This document shows positions 1 to 8,486 of a DNA stretch of 64,000 nucleotides, piece by piece. The notes beneath the pieces were generated by a model. It saw only the letters and a list, made by a program, of their open reading frames with translations, was not told the DNA's origin and did no database searches. The first letter of the stretch is position 1. Every line of letters begins with the position of its first letter. The DNA lies in assembly GCA_046348665.1 (NCBI GenBank), contig JAXMDV010000001.1, forward strand, positions 1,859,797-1,923,796, written 5' to 3'. The position numbers and the translations under genes were made by a program. The DNA comes from Sphingomonadaceae bacterium. Lineage in GTDB: Bacteria > Pseudomonadota > Alphaproteobacteria > Sphingomonadales > Sphingomonadaceae.

Positions 1-1653
1 AATGCAGACGAGGCCGCATTCGGGAATGTCCAGCCCCTCGCGCAGCAGATTGATCCCCACCAGGACGTCATAGACACCCAGCCTAAGGTCGCGGATCAGC
101 TCGATGCGTTCCAGCGTCTCGACGTCGGAATGCATGTAGCGCACGCGCAGCCCCGCCTCGTGCATGAATTCGGTCAGATCCTCGGCCATCCGCTTGGTCA
201 GCGTGGTGACCAGCGTGCGGTATCCCGCCGCGGCGGTCTTGCGGCACTCCTCGATGCAGTCCTGCACCTGGTCCTCGACCGGGCGGACCAGAACCGGCGG
301 GTCGATCAGCCCGGTCGGACGGATCACCTGTTCGGCAAAGACCCCGCCCGATTGCTCCATCTCCCACGATCCGGGCGTGGCGGAAACCGCCACGGTCTGC
401 GGGCGCATCGCGTCCCATTCGTTGAAGCGCAGCGGGCGGTTGTCGATGCAGCTGGGCAGGCGAAAGCCGAATTCGGCCAGCGTGATCTTGCGGCGATGGT
501 CGCCCTTGCTCATCGCTCCGATCTGCGGAACCGTCTGGTGGCTTTCATCGACGAACAGCAGCGCGTTGTCGGGCAGGTATTCGAACAGGGTCGGCGGCGG
601 CTCGCCCGGCAGGCGCCCGGTGAGGAAGCGTGAATAGTTCTCGATCCCCGCGCAGCTCCCGGTCGCGGCGATCATCTCGAGGTCGAAATTGGTCCGCTGT
701 TCAAGCCGCTGGTGCTCAAGCAGCTTGCCCTCGGCCTCCAGCTCTTTCAATCGCTCCGCCAGTTCGAAGCGGATCGCCTCCATCGCCTGCTTCATCGTCG
801 GCCCCGGCGTGACATAGTGCGAATTGGCATAGACCCGCACCGTGTTCAGGCTCGCCCCCTTCTTGCCGGTCAGCGGGTCGAATTCGCTGATTTCCTCGAT
901 CTCGTCGCCGAAGAAGCTGATCCGCCAGGCCATGTCCTCATAGTGCGAAGGGAAAAGCTCCAGGCTGTCACCCCGCACGCGAAAGGTGCCGCGCTGGAAC
1001 GCGGCGTCGTTGCGCTTGTACTGCAAGGCCACCAGCTTGCGGATGATCTCGCGCTGGTCCTGGCTCTCCCCTTTCCTGAGGTCGAAGATCATCGCCGAAT
1101 AGGTTTCGACCGAGCCGATGCCATAGAGGCACGAAACCGAGGCGACGATGATCACGTCGTCGCGTTCGAGCAGCGCCCGGGTGGCCGAATGGCGCATCCG
1201 GTCGATCGCCTCGTTCACCGAGCTTTCCTTCTCGATGTAGGTATCGGTGCGCGGCACATAGGCTTCGGGCTGGTAGTAGTCGTAGTAGGAGACGAAGTAT
1301 TCCACCGCGTTGTCGGGAAAGAAGCTCTTCATCTCGCCATAAAGCTGGGCGGCAAGGATCTTGTTGGGAGCCAGGATCAGCGCGGGGCGCTGGGTCGCCT
1401 CGATCACCTGGGCCATCGTGAAGGTCTTGCCGCTGCCGGTCACCCCCAGCAGCACCTGCGTTGCCTCGCCGTTCGAAATGCCTTCAACCAGGTCGGCGAT
1501 CGCGCCTGGCTGGTCGCCGGCCGGCTGGTAATCGCTGACGATCCGGAACCTCCGCTGGTCAAGCGACTTCTCCGGCCGCGCCGCCTTGTGCGGCACGAAC
1601 GAGGCAGACGTATCGGGCTCTTCCAGCCCCCGGCGGATGATCAGTTCGGCCAT
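1..1653 (-). CDS. uvrB: Excinuclease ABC subunit B (UvrB), first ~551 codons; the 3' end runs off the left edge of the window
   Basis: Reverse-strand translation from the ATG (rc of cat 1651-1653) reads [14 protein letters not shown]...[18 protein letters not shown] (Walker A)...[13 protein letters not shown]...VSATPG...[21 protein letters not shown]. It is absent from the ORF track because the frame is open at the window edge. Confidence 0.93.
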   Translation of the reverse strand, partial: MAELIIRRGLEEPDTSASFVPHKAARPEKSLDQRRFRIVSDYQPAGDQPGAIADLVEGISNGEATQVLLGVTGSGKTFTMAQVIEATQRPALILAPNKILAAQLYGEMKSFFPDNAVEYFVSYYDYYQPEAYVPRTDTYIEKESSVNEAIDRMRHSATRALLERDDVIIVASVSCLYGIGSVETYSAMIFDLRKGESQDQREIIRKLVALQYKRNDAAFQRGTFRVRGDSLELFPSHYEDMAWRISFFGDEIEEISEFDPLTGKKGASLNTVRVYANSHYVTPGPTMKQAMEAIRFELAERLKELEAEGKLLEHQRLEQRTNFDLEMIAATGSCAGIENYSRFLTGRLPGEPPPTLFEYLPDNALLFVDESHQTVPQIGAMSKGDHRRKITLAEFGFRLPSCIDNRPLRFNEWDAMRPQTVAVSATPGSWEMEQSGGVFAEQVIRPTGLIDPPVLVRPVEDQVQDCIEECRKTAAAGYRTLVTTLTKRMAEDLTEFMHEAGLRVRYMHSDVETLERIELIRDLRLGVYDVLVGINLLREGLDIPECGLVCI

Positions 1654-1743
1654 TGGAACGACTATGGGGGTTGGCGGTTTGTTCCGCAATGGGGGAGGTG
1701 TGGCTGGTCGACCTTCCGGTCAGAGCATCTTGCACCCGATCCT

Positions 1744-1806
1744 CACCAGCTTCCACCAACTCCCACCAGCTCCCACCAGCTCCCCACCAGCTCCCCACCA
1801 GCTCCG
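1744..1806. repeat. Microsatellite-like tandem repeat, about 6 copies of a 10-11 nt unit CACCAGCTCC(C)
   Basis: Read directly: caccagcttc / caccaactcc / caccagctcc / caccagctccc / caccagctccc / caccagctcc, in the spacer upstream of uvrB. Confidence 0.85.
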
Positions 1807-1812
1807 TCCATG

Positions 1813-1997
1813 CTGAGCTTGTCGAAGCATTGTCCTTGTCCTCTGGGCAACGGAAGAAGGACGGTCCTTCGACAAGCTCAGGACGGGCGGCTTCAGGGGT
1901 GGGATTGGCTTCTTCAGAGGTGGGATTGGCTTCTTCAGGACGGTCCTTCGACAAGCTCAGGACAGGCGGCTTCAGGCGCGGGATTGGCTCCGTCAGG
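1813..1997. repeat. Composite palindromic plus tandem repeat block (family A, arms CTGAGCTTGTCGAAG / CTTCGACAAGCTCAG)
   Basis: Inverted arms at 1813-1827 and 1867-1881. The segment ACGGTCCTTCGACAAGCTCAGGACRGGCGGCTTCAGG..GGGATTGGCT occurs twice (about 1861-1916 and 1940-1997), with an extra GGTGGGATTGGCTTCTTCAG copy between. The same arm motif recurs at 22844-22914 and 37310-37406. Confidence 0.85.
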
Positions 1998-2024
1998 GCG
2001 GTGCAATTCTATGCCATCAGGGCT

Positions 2025-2462
2025 CTAAGCAGCCACCTTCCATCTGCCCTCATCCTGCTCCGCGACGATCCGCGCGGCGCTATCGGCAACATCGCTGTCG
2101 GTTAGCCGTTCGATCATCGCCCGGATTTGCGCGTTGCCTTCATCCTGCTCGCGCCAGATCGCGCGGATGAAGCGGTCGGCGATCTTGGGCTGGCTGCTGC
2201 GTTTTTCCCACAGCGCGACGGTCTGCGCCTCGTTGCCCAGCATGGCAGCCAGCCGACTCTGGCTGAGGCCCATTTCCAGGCGCAGAAAGCGCAGCTCGCT
2301 GCCCGTCAGCTTGCCGCCCTTGTTGACGAGGCCACGTGCGATGGCGCGGTGCAGGCCATCAGCGTCATGGATGGCCACGCCTGGCCCATAGGGCGTCTGG
2401 TGCTCGTCATAGCCGTTCGCCAGCCAGACGTTGCGAAGGCCGCATTCGCGATAGTGATACAT
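2025..2462 (-). CDS. XRE-family HTH antitoxin with a YgiT/MqsA-like N-terminal module (type II TA antitoxin candidate)
   Basis: ORF 145 aa. N-terminus is MYHYRECGLRNVWLANGYDEHQTPYGPGVAIHD. The HTH is LTGSELRFLRLEMGLSQSRLAAMLGNEAQTVALWEK. A GAAGGAGG Shine-Dalgarno sits just upstream, and the gene lies 15 nt downstream of the toxin-like gene on the same strand. Confidence 0.75.
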   Translation of the reverse strand: MYHYRECGLRNVWLANGYDEHQTPYGPGVAIHDADGLHRAIARGLVNKGGKLTGSELRFLRLEMGLSQSRLAAMLGNEAQTVALWEKRSSQPKIADRFIRAIWREQDEGNAQIRAMIERLTDSDVADSAARIVAEQDEGRWKVAA

Positions 2463-2476
2463 GCCCTAGGCCTCCT

Positions 2477-2778
2477 TCAAAAAACCGTGATCACGATCGC
2501 GCGGTTCGGCACATCGATCGCTAAGGCAACGTCCATATCCAACCCCGCCGCCCGGTGCATAACGGTCAGCTTCCAGTTTCCGTACGGATCCAGCGCGACT
2601 GGCTCGACAGGATTCCGCGTCGCAGGCAGGTCAGCACCTGCGCTGTCGAAACCTTGCGTTGTCGCATCCGTTGCAATGCGTGCCGTGTAAAGATGACGCG
2701 GCCTGAATCCTCGGCGATTTCCCGCAGCAGCTTCAATGCCGAAGCATCGTTCATCCGCATCGGAACCGGATCGATCAT
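2477..2778 (-). pseudogene. DUF4258-type toxin gene disrupted by a frameshift (1-nt deletion near 2609-2615)
   Basis: Frame A (ORF 2566..2778) gives MIDPVPMRMNDASALKLLREIAEDSGRVIFTRHALQRMRQRKVSTAQVLTCLRRGI and then a nonsense tail. The frame offset by one continues NPVEPVALDPYGNWKLTVMHRAAGLDMDVALAIDVPNRAIVITVF* (stop 2477-2479). The span is 302 nt, not a multiple of 3. The HAxxRMxxR motif is typical of DUF4258. Confidence 0.7.
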
Positions 2779-2799
2779 GACCTATAAATATTATAGGTC
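2779..2799. promoter_or_regulatory. AT-rich palindrome GACCTATAA-ata-TTATAGGTC abutting the toxin start codon; candidate TA operator overlapping a TATAAT -10 box (minus strand)
   Basis: 9-bp perfect arms around a 3-nt centre, read directly. It is the most AT-rich patch of the region, and the reverse strand reads GACCTATAATATTTATAGGTC followed immediately by ATG. Confidence 0.5.
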
Positions 2800-2902
2800 A
2801 CGTCGCATTGCAAGCGGCACGGGACCCCGAGCCCCCGATTTTCCTACTCTCCGATAATCTGCAACATGGTCCGTTTCACTTTTTCGAAGAGGAGAAACGA
2901 TC

Positions 2903-3241
2903 ATGGCCCACTGCGATCCGCATGATCAGCGCGCAGTTGAATTGGTGGTGCAGCCCTCGGCCTTCTCGTCCGATCCGGTGCTCACGCCCGAGCGCAAGCT
3001 GCGGTTCCTCGACGAGCTGGCGCGGCATGGCAATGTTCGCGTGGCGGCGGCGCGGGTGGGGTGTTCGCGTTCAGGGCTCTACCTGGCGCGGCGGCGCGAC
3101 CTGGCCTTTGCAGCGGGATGGCGGGCGGCGTTGGTTCTGGCGCGCGATCACGCGGAGGCGGTGCTGGCCGAACGGGCGCTCGACGGAGTGGAGGAGCCGG
3201 TGTTCTACCACGGCGAGGTGGTGGCGATGCGGCGGCGCTAA
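2903..3241 (+). CDS. HTH-containing conserved hypothetical protein, N-terminal fragment ended by an in-frame TAA
   Basis: ORF 112 aa with a GAGGAG SD. It contains TPERKLRFLDELARHGNVRVAAARVGCSRSGLYLARRRDLAFAAGW (HTH-like). The same frame stays open after the TAA at 3239-3241. Confidence 0.6.
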   Translation: MAHCDPHDQRAVELVVQPSAFSSDPVLTPERKLRFLDELARHGNVRVAAARVGCSRSGLYLARRRDLAFAAGWRAALVLARDHAEAVLAERALDGVEEPVFYHGEVVAMRRR

Positions 3242-3600
3242 GATAACCGCCTGCTGCTGGCGCACCTGGCGCGGCTCGACCAGCTTTGCGCCGAGGACGC
3301 GGCGGCGGTGCGGTCGGCCCGGCACTTCGATGCGGTGTTGGGCGTGGTGGGCGAGCTCTATGAGGAGGACGCGGTCAATCCGGCTGACCTGCTGAGCCGC
3401 GCCGAAGCGATCGAGCAGGCGCGCTGGGATGCCGGGGCACGCGGCCGAAGCGAAGCGCGCGCAGCATGCAAGGCGGCGGAGGAATGGGACGCGGCGGAGG
3501 CAGAACTGGTCGCCGCGGTCGATGCGGTGCGGCATGGAGACGTGTCCGGCGGGAGCGGCGAGGAGGAAGAGCCGTTCGAGGTGAAGTCGCTGGAACGAAC
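3242..3600 (+). pseudogene. Continuation of the 2903 gene after the in-frame stop (C-terminal part; 3' end uncertain)
   Basis: In the same frame as 2903..3241, it reads DNRLLLAHLARLDQLCAEDAAAVRSARHFDAVLGVVGELYEEDAVNPADLLSRAEAIEQARWDAG.... The frame formally stays open to 4009, but third-position GC drops and the sequence stops looking like protein after about 3600. Confidence 0.4.
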
Positions 3601-3905
3601 GGATTCAGGCCAGGCCGCACTTGGCAATGCCTGCCCGGACCCGGCCGGATTTGCCTGCAAGGAACCTTGTCCAGTCTGTCCAGTCGGCCATGCCAAGTCG
3701 TTCGTCGGGCCGGTCCGGCGGTTGGTCGGCGGGGGCGGATTCTTGGTCGGGCGGGCTGTGCGGTTGGTCGATGGAAAGTGGCTCTCCCGCGGCGGCGCGG
3801 CATCACTGGATGGGCCGATCGGGCAGGGGGCAGCAGCAAGGGCCGGGGAAGCCTGGCTGCTAGCATCCCGGCCGGCCAACGACAGATTTGCCGGTGGGGA
3901 GTGCC

Positions 3906-6017
3906 ATGTCCGTGAAGATCAAGCCAAATGCCGGAGCATGTGGAGGCAGCCTGATTGCCCTGGCAATGGTTGCCCTGGCTCCCGGCCAGGCGCTGGCCGC
4001 GCCCGATAGTGCCGTGGTCGAACCGGCGGCGGCAGCAACGTCCGCCGAGGGCCGCATTCGCAGCTATGAAGCGGCATGGTTCGCGCAGTTCGCACCCTCC
4101 ACCGCGCTCGACATGGTCCGGCGCGTCCCCGGCTTCGCGCTGGAGGAGAGCGAGGATGAAGTGCGCGGCTTCAGCCAGTCGGCGGGCAACGTGGTGCTCA
4201 ACGGTGCGCGGCCGTCCTCGAAGTCCGAACCGCTCAGCGCGATCCTGGCGCGGATCCCGGCAAGCCGGGTGATGCGGGTCGAGGTCGCCTCTGGCGAGGC
4301 CTATGGCGCGGACTATGCCGGAAAAAGTCAGGTGGTGAACCTGGTGCTGTCCGAAGCGGGCGGGATCGATGGCAATATCAAGGCCAGCCTGACCCGGCTC
4401 TACACCGGCTGGGTGGTGCCCAACCTTGAAGGATCGGTGCTGATCCGGACCGGCGGCTCGACCATCAACATTTCCGCCAGCAGCGGACAGGAAGGACAGG
4501 TAGAGGAAGGCTTCGACGACCTGACCTGGCTGCCCGACGGATCGCGGCTGGAATACCGCCGCAAGGTCAACCGGGTCGAGACGCCCGATCCCCGCTTTGC
4601 GATCAGCTGGGGGCAGGAAGGCACGGGCGGCCGCGCGGCGCACCTCAACCTGGCCTACAACCCCAGCCGGGTCCTGCTGCACCAGACCAACCATGTCACC
4701 CCGGCCAGCGGGCCAGAGCGCGACGACCGGCTGATCCAGGACTATCATCCGACCGGCTATGAACTGGGCGGCGATATCGCCCGTCCGCTCGGATCGGGGG
4801 TGATCAAGCTGGTCGCTCTGGCCAACCGCCGCGACCGCGATGCCTTCGACGGCAGCTACAACCGGATCGGCGGGGCGACCATCGGCGGTTACGAGGCGCT
4901 GCAGGTGTCGCGTTACGACGAGGTGCTGGGGCGGCTGAGCTGGTCAAGCCCGAAGCTGCTGGGATTTGCCGCCGAACTGGGCAGCGAGCTGGCCTACAAC
5001 CGGCTGGAGAATGCGACCGAGCTTTACCAGCTCGACGCGGGCGGGGGGCGGACCCGGATCGACCTGCCGATCGACCAGGCGGTGGTCGACGAGCTGCGCA
5101 CCGAAAGCTACCTCAGCCTGGGCCGGCAGCTCAGCCAGTCGCTGCGGCTGGAAACGCGGGTGGCCTTCGAAACCTCGCACCTCAAGGTTTCGGGCGATAC
5201 CGCGGCGCGGCGCGACCTGAGCTATTTCAAGCCGGGCGTCACGCTAGACTGGAAGGGACCGAATGGCTGGCACGTCCAGCTGGCGGCGCGGCGCACCGTG
5301 GCGCAGCTCGATTTCTTCGACTTCATCTCGAGCGCCGAGCTGACCAACGACCGGATCAACGGCGGCAACGCCGATCTTGTCCCGCAGCGGACCTGGGAAT
5401 TCCGGCTGACGCTCGACCGCCCGCTGCTGGGCAAGGGCGTGGCAAAGCTCGAGCTCGGGCATGACCGGGTGAGCCAGTTGCAGGACCGGATCCTGACCAG
5501 CGAGGGCTTCGACGCACCCGGCAATATCGGCAGCGGCACGCGCAGTTTCGCGCAGCTTACCCTCGATGCGCCGCTTGACCGGCTGGGGCTGAAGGCGACG
5601 CGGTTCAAATTCGTCGGGGCGGTGCAGGACCATTCGGTGCGCGATCCGCTGACCGGACTCGACCGGCCGTGGAGCGGGTTCCGGCCCAAGTGGTCGGTCG
5701 ATGCCGAGCTGCGGCGCGACCTGAACCAGCTGTCCTACGGGATGGAATTCTACCGCGAGGCCGCCTCGACAGTCTATCGCATCGACGAGACCGACAGCTT
5801 CTTCAATTCAGGCCCGTTCGTGAGCGCCTTTGTCGAATACCGGCCCGACCGGAAGACCACGCTGCGGCTCGATGCCAAGAACCTGGGCGATGCCGCGGGC
5901 CAGCGGCGGCGGCGCTTCTACGATCCCAACCGCACCGCGCCCCTGCCCGATGTCGAGGAGTTCCGCCACCGCAACGCCCATGTCGCGCTGACCTTCTCGA
6001 TCAACCGGACGCTGTAG
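3906..6017 (+). CDS. TonB-dependent receptor-like outer-membrane protein (plug plus beta-barrel)
   Basis: ORF 3888..6017, with the start moved to ATG 3906 (GGGGAG SD). The signal peptide is MSVKIKPNAGACGGSLIALAMVALAPGQALA/AP. Plug motifs are STALDMVRRVPGFAL and RGFSQSAGNVVLNGARPSSK, followed by a long alternating beta-strand pattern to the C-terminus. Confidence 0.85.
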   Translation: MSVKIKPNAGACGGSLIALAMVALAPGQALAAPDSAVVEPAAAATSAEGRIRSYEAAWFAQFAPSTALDMVRRVPGFALEESEDEVRGFSQSAGNVVLNGARPSSKSEPLSAILARIPASRVMRVEVASGEAYGADYAGKSQVVNLVLSEAGGIDGNIKASLTRLYTGWVVPNLEGSVLIRTGGSTINISASSGQEGQVEEGFDDLTWLPDGSRLEYRRKVNRVETPDPRFAISWGQEGTGGRAAHLNLAYNPSRVLLHQTNHVTPASGPERDDRLIQDYHPTGYELGGDIARPLGSGVIKLVALANRRDRDAFDGSYNRIGGATIGGYEALQVSRYDEVLGRLSWSSPKLLGFAAELGSELAYNRLENATELYQLDAGGGRTRIDLPIDQAVVDELRTESYLSLGRQLSQSLRLETRVAFETSHLKVSGDTAARRDLSYFKPGVTLDWKGPNGWHVQLAARRTVAQLDFFDFISSAELTNDRINGGNADLVPQRTWEFRLTLDRPLLGKGVAKLELGHDRVSQLQDRILTSEGFDAPGNIGSGTRSFAQLTLDAPLDRLGLKATRFKFVGAVQDHSVRDPLTGLDRPWSGFRPKWSVDAELRRDLNQLSYGMEFYREAASTVYRIDETDSFFNSGPFVSAFVEYRPDRKTTLRLDAKNLGDAAGQRRRRFYDPNRTAPLPDVEEFRHRNAHVALTFSINRTL

Positions 6018-6048
6018 ACGTTTGGACGGCGCCCGGCTGTTCGCAGGC

Positions 6049-6072
6049 CCCCTCCTCCCTGAAGAGGAGGGG
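6049..6072. terminator. Hairpin between convergent genes (CCCCTCCTC-cctgaa-GAGGAGGGG), candidate bidirectional terminator
   Basis: 9-bp perfect GC-rich stem with a 6-nt loop, lying between the TBDR stop (6017) and the acyl-CoA dehydrogenase stop (6083). There is no clear U-tract. Confidence 0.45.
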
Positions 6073-6082
6073 AAGCATGCGT

Positions 6083-7213
6083 TCAGGCCGCCATTGTCAG
6101 CGCTTCATAGCGCTCCAGATGGTAGTCAGGGCTGCCGAACTGGTTCTCGATCATCGTCGAGCGCTTGAAGTAGTGGCCGATGCCCAGTTCCATCGTGATC
6201 CCGATCCCGCCGTGGGTCTGGACCGCGCTCTGCCCGACGAACTTGAGGCTGCGGGCGACCTTGGCCTTGGCCATGCTGACCGCGGTCTTGCGGGCCTGGG
6301 CATCCTCGCCAAGGCGCAGGGTGCCCATCAGGCTCATCGAGGCGATCTGCTCGGCCTCGACCAGCATGTCGGCCATGCGGTGCTGCAGCGCCTGGAACTT
6401 GCCGATCGGCTGGCCGAACTGCTTGCGCTGGCGCGTATACTCGACCGTCTGGGCAAGCATGGTGCGGGCGATCCCGGTGGCCTCGGCCGAAATGGCCATG
6501 GTGCACTGGTCGGCGACCAGCTCGACCAGGTCGATCCCGCCGGCAAGCAGCGCCTCGCCGGGCACGGCGACGTTCTCGAAGTAGACCTCGCTGGCGCGGA
6601 AGCCGTCGACGGTCGGGTAATCGCGGCGGCTGATGCCCTTGGCATTGGCATCGACCAGGAACAGCTCGACCCCGGCGCGTTCACGCCGGCTGCCGCCGGT
6701 GCGCGCGGTGACCAGCAGGTGCGTGGCCCAGGGCGCGGCATAGACCACCGCCTTGTGGCCGTTGAGGACATAGCCGGCGCCGTCCTGCTTCGCCGTGGTG
6801 CCGATGTCGGCCAGGTTGTAGCGACCCTGCGGCTCGGCATAGGCGAAGGCGATCAGGCAATCGCCGCTGATGATCTGCGGGATCGTGGCTTCGGCCAGCG
6901 CTCCGCCCGCGGCGCTCAGCGCGCCGCCGCCGGCGACTACGGTCTGGACCCAGGGCTCGATCGCGATGACCTTGCCCAGTTCCTCCATCATGATCATGTT
7001 CTCGATGTTGCCGCCGCCCATTCCGCCGAACTCTTCGGCAAACGGAGCGCAGGTCAGTCCCAGCTCGCTGGAAAGCGCCTTCCAGATGCCGGGATCGCGG
7101 CCTTCGGCGCTGTCGATCATCTTCTGGCGGGCTTCGAAGCCATAGGTATCGGCCAGGAACTTCGCGAGCGTGTCGCGCAGCATGCCCTGGGTTTCGGTGT
7201 AGCTCAGGTCCAT
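6083..7213 (-). CDS. Acyl-CoA dehydrogenase family protein (small partner of a PimC/PimD-like pair)
   Basis: 376 aa: MDLSYTETQGMLRDTLAKF..., YVLNGHKAVVYAAPWATH, RKQFGQPIGKFQALQHRMADM, QTHGGIGITMELGIGHYFKR. Confidence 0.88.
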   Translation of the reverse strand: MDLSYTETQGMLRDTLAKFLADTYGFEARQKMIDSAEGRDPGIWKALSSELGLTCAPFAEEFGGMGGGNIENMIMMEELGKVIAIEPWVQTVVAGGGALSAAGGALAEATIPQIISGDCLIAFAYAEPQGRYNLADIGTTAKQDGAGYVLNGHKAVVYAAPWATHLLVTARTGGSRRERAGVELFLVDANAKGISRRDYPTVDGFRASEVYFENVAVPGEALLAGGIDLVELVADQCTMAISAEATGIARTMLAQTVEYTRQRKQFGQPIGKFQALQHRMADMLVEAEQIASMSLMGTLRLGEDAQARKTAVSMAKAKVARSLKFVGQSAVQTHGGIGITMELGIGHYFKRSTMIENQFGSPDYHLERYEALTMAA

Positions 7214-7226
7214 CTGTTCAGCTTCC

Positions 7227-8420
7227 TTAGAGCCCGAGGACCATCTTGGCGATCACGTTGCGCTGAATCTCGTTCGAGCCGCCGTAGATCGTGGTCTTGC
7301 GGGTGTTGTAATAGGTCGGCGCCGCGCGGTTGGCCCAGGCCGGACCGATCGGATGCTCGTTGTCGCCTTCGCCGAAGCCGCGGAAATAGGGCGCGCCATA
7401 GTGGCCGGCCATTTCCAGCGTCAGCTCGGTCAGCCGCTGCTGGATTTCGGAGCCCTTGATCTTGAGAACCGAACTTTCCGGCCCCGGCCCCTTGCCCGCC
7501 GCCATCCCGGCAATGGTGCGCAGCTCGGTATATTCGAGCGCGGCGAGGTCGATCTCGAGCTCGGCCACCTTGCGCTTGAAGAAGGGATTGGCGAGCAGCG
7601 AACGCTCGCCGTCCATCTCGGTCCTGGCGATGTCCTTGATCCGCTCGATCGAACGCTTGGACGAGGCGACCCCGGCGATCCCGACACGTTCGTGGGCCAG
7701 CAGGAACTTGGCGCAGGTCCAGCCCTTGTTCTCTTCGAACACGCGGTTCTCAACCGGCACGCGGACATCCTCGAGGAACACCTCGTTGACCTCGTGCTCA
7801 CCGCCGAGCGTGATGATCGGACGCACAGTGATTCCGGGCGACTTCATGTCGATCAGCAGGAACGAAATGCCTTCCTGCTGCTTGGCGTCGGGCTCGGTAC
7901 GGACCAGGAAGAAGCCCCAGTCGGCATGCTGGGCCAGCGTCGTCCAGGTCTTCTGGCCGTTGACCACGTAATGATCCCCGTCGCGAACCGCCCTGGTGCG
8001 CAGCGAGGCAAGGTCGGAGCCCGAACCCGGTTCCGAATAGCCCTGGCACCACCAGTCCTCGCCCGACAGGATGCGGGGCAGGAACCTGGCCTTCTGCTCG
8101 GGCGTGCCGAAGGTGTAGATCACCGGTCCGACCATCGTCAGGCCGAAGGGCAGCAGGCGGATGCAATCGGCGCGCGCGGTCTCTTCCGACCAGATGTAGC
8201 GCTGGGTCGAGGACCAGCCGGTGCCGCCGTATTCGACCGGCCAGGCCGGGGCGACCCAGCCTTTCCTGGCCAGAACGCGGTGCCAGGCCAGGAAATCCTC
8301 CTTGCCCAGCTCTTCGCCCTCGTCCTGCTTGCCGCGGAGTTGCGCGGGGTAGTTCTCGGCGATGAACGTGCGCACCTCGTCGCGAAAGGCGAGATCTTCT
8401 GCGCTGAATTCCAGGTCCAT
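7227..8420 (-). CDS. Acyl-CoA dehydrogenase family protein (large partner of a PimC/PimD-like pair)
   Basis: Start set at MDLEFSAEDLAFRDEV (rc ATG 8418-8420) instead of the 551-aa ORF start at 8882. Motifs: CQGYSEPGSGSDLASL, YVVNGQKTWTT, TIYGGSNEIQRNVIAK. Confidence 0.9.
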   Translation of the reverse strand: MDLEFSAEDLAFRDEVRTFIAENYPAQLRGKQDEGEELGKEDFLAWHRVLARKGWVAPAWPVEYGGTGWSSTQRYIWSEETARADCIRLLPFGLTMVGPVIYTFGTPEQKARFLPRILSGEDWWCQGYSEPGSGSDLASLRTRAVRDGDHYVVNGQKTWTTLAQHADWGFFLVRTEPDAKQQEGISFLLIDMKSPGITVRPIITLGGEHEVNEVFLEDVRVPVENRVFEENKGWTCAKFLLAHERVGIAGVASSKRSIERIKDIARTEMDGERSLLANPFFKRKVAELEIDLAALEYTELRTIAGMAAGKGPGPESSVLKIKGSEIQQRLTELTLEMAGHYGAPYFRGFGEGDNEHPIGPAWANRAAPTYYNTRKTTIYGGSNEIQRNVIAKMVLGL

Positions 8421-8474
8421 GACAGTCTCCGGGAAGTGTTGGTTGGGCCCAGACTGGCGCAGCTTGGCGCACTT

Positions 8475-8486
8475 CGCAAGCTTGCG
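8475..8486. promoter_or_regulatory. Perfect 12-bp palindrome CGCAAGCTTGCG about 55 nt upstream of the acyl-CoA dehydrogenase operon; candidate operator
   Basis: Read directly. It is flanked by the direct repeat TGGCGCA..TGGCGCA. Confidence 0.3.

Noticed and set aside
1559-2105. ORFs 1559-1954 (minus) and 1653-2105 (plus) in the uvrB upstream region; likewise ORFs 49410-49976, 49420-49791, 49459-49821 and 49652-49963 in the repeat array
   Set aside because: They are translations of tandem and palindromic repeats (ghost peptides such as HQLPPAPHQLP, FDKLRTGG, VIARGAAPRQSRR, LRCARNDEG). They have no SD and no coding periodicity.
3610-3905. Possible cobalamin riboswitch in the ~300-nt GC-rich leader of the TonB-dependent receptor gene
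   Set aside because: Only scattered resemblances to the 3' core were seen (..CATCACTGG.., ..GGGGAAGCC.., ..GCCGGCCAACG). The GGGAA/GGTG..AATCC 5' core and a proper B12 box (AGYCMGGAGACCKGCC) are not present, and the receptor does not look BtuB-like. Running cmsearch would settle this, but I do not call it.
3308-4009. 233-aa ORF as an independent gene overlapping the TonB-receptor start
   Set aside because: It is in the same frame as 2903-3241 and is best read as the continuation of that gene after the in-frame TAA. Beyond about 3600 the translation is Cys/Gly/Arg-rich with lower GC3, and it overlaps the receptor signal-peptide region.
8455-8477. Sigma-54-like boxes: TGGCGCAGCTTGGCGCA here and TGGCACAGGGTCTATTGC at about 16103-16120
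   Set aside because: The spacing between the GG and GC elements is wrong in both cases (3 nt and 8 nt instead of the 5 nt in TGGCAC-N5-TTGC). The first is also oriented away from the nearest gene start.
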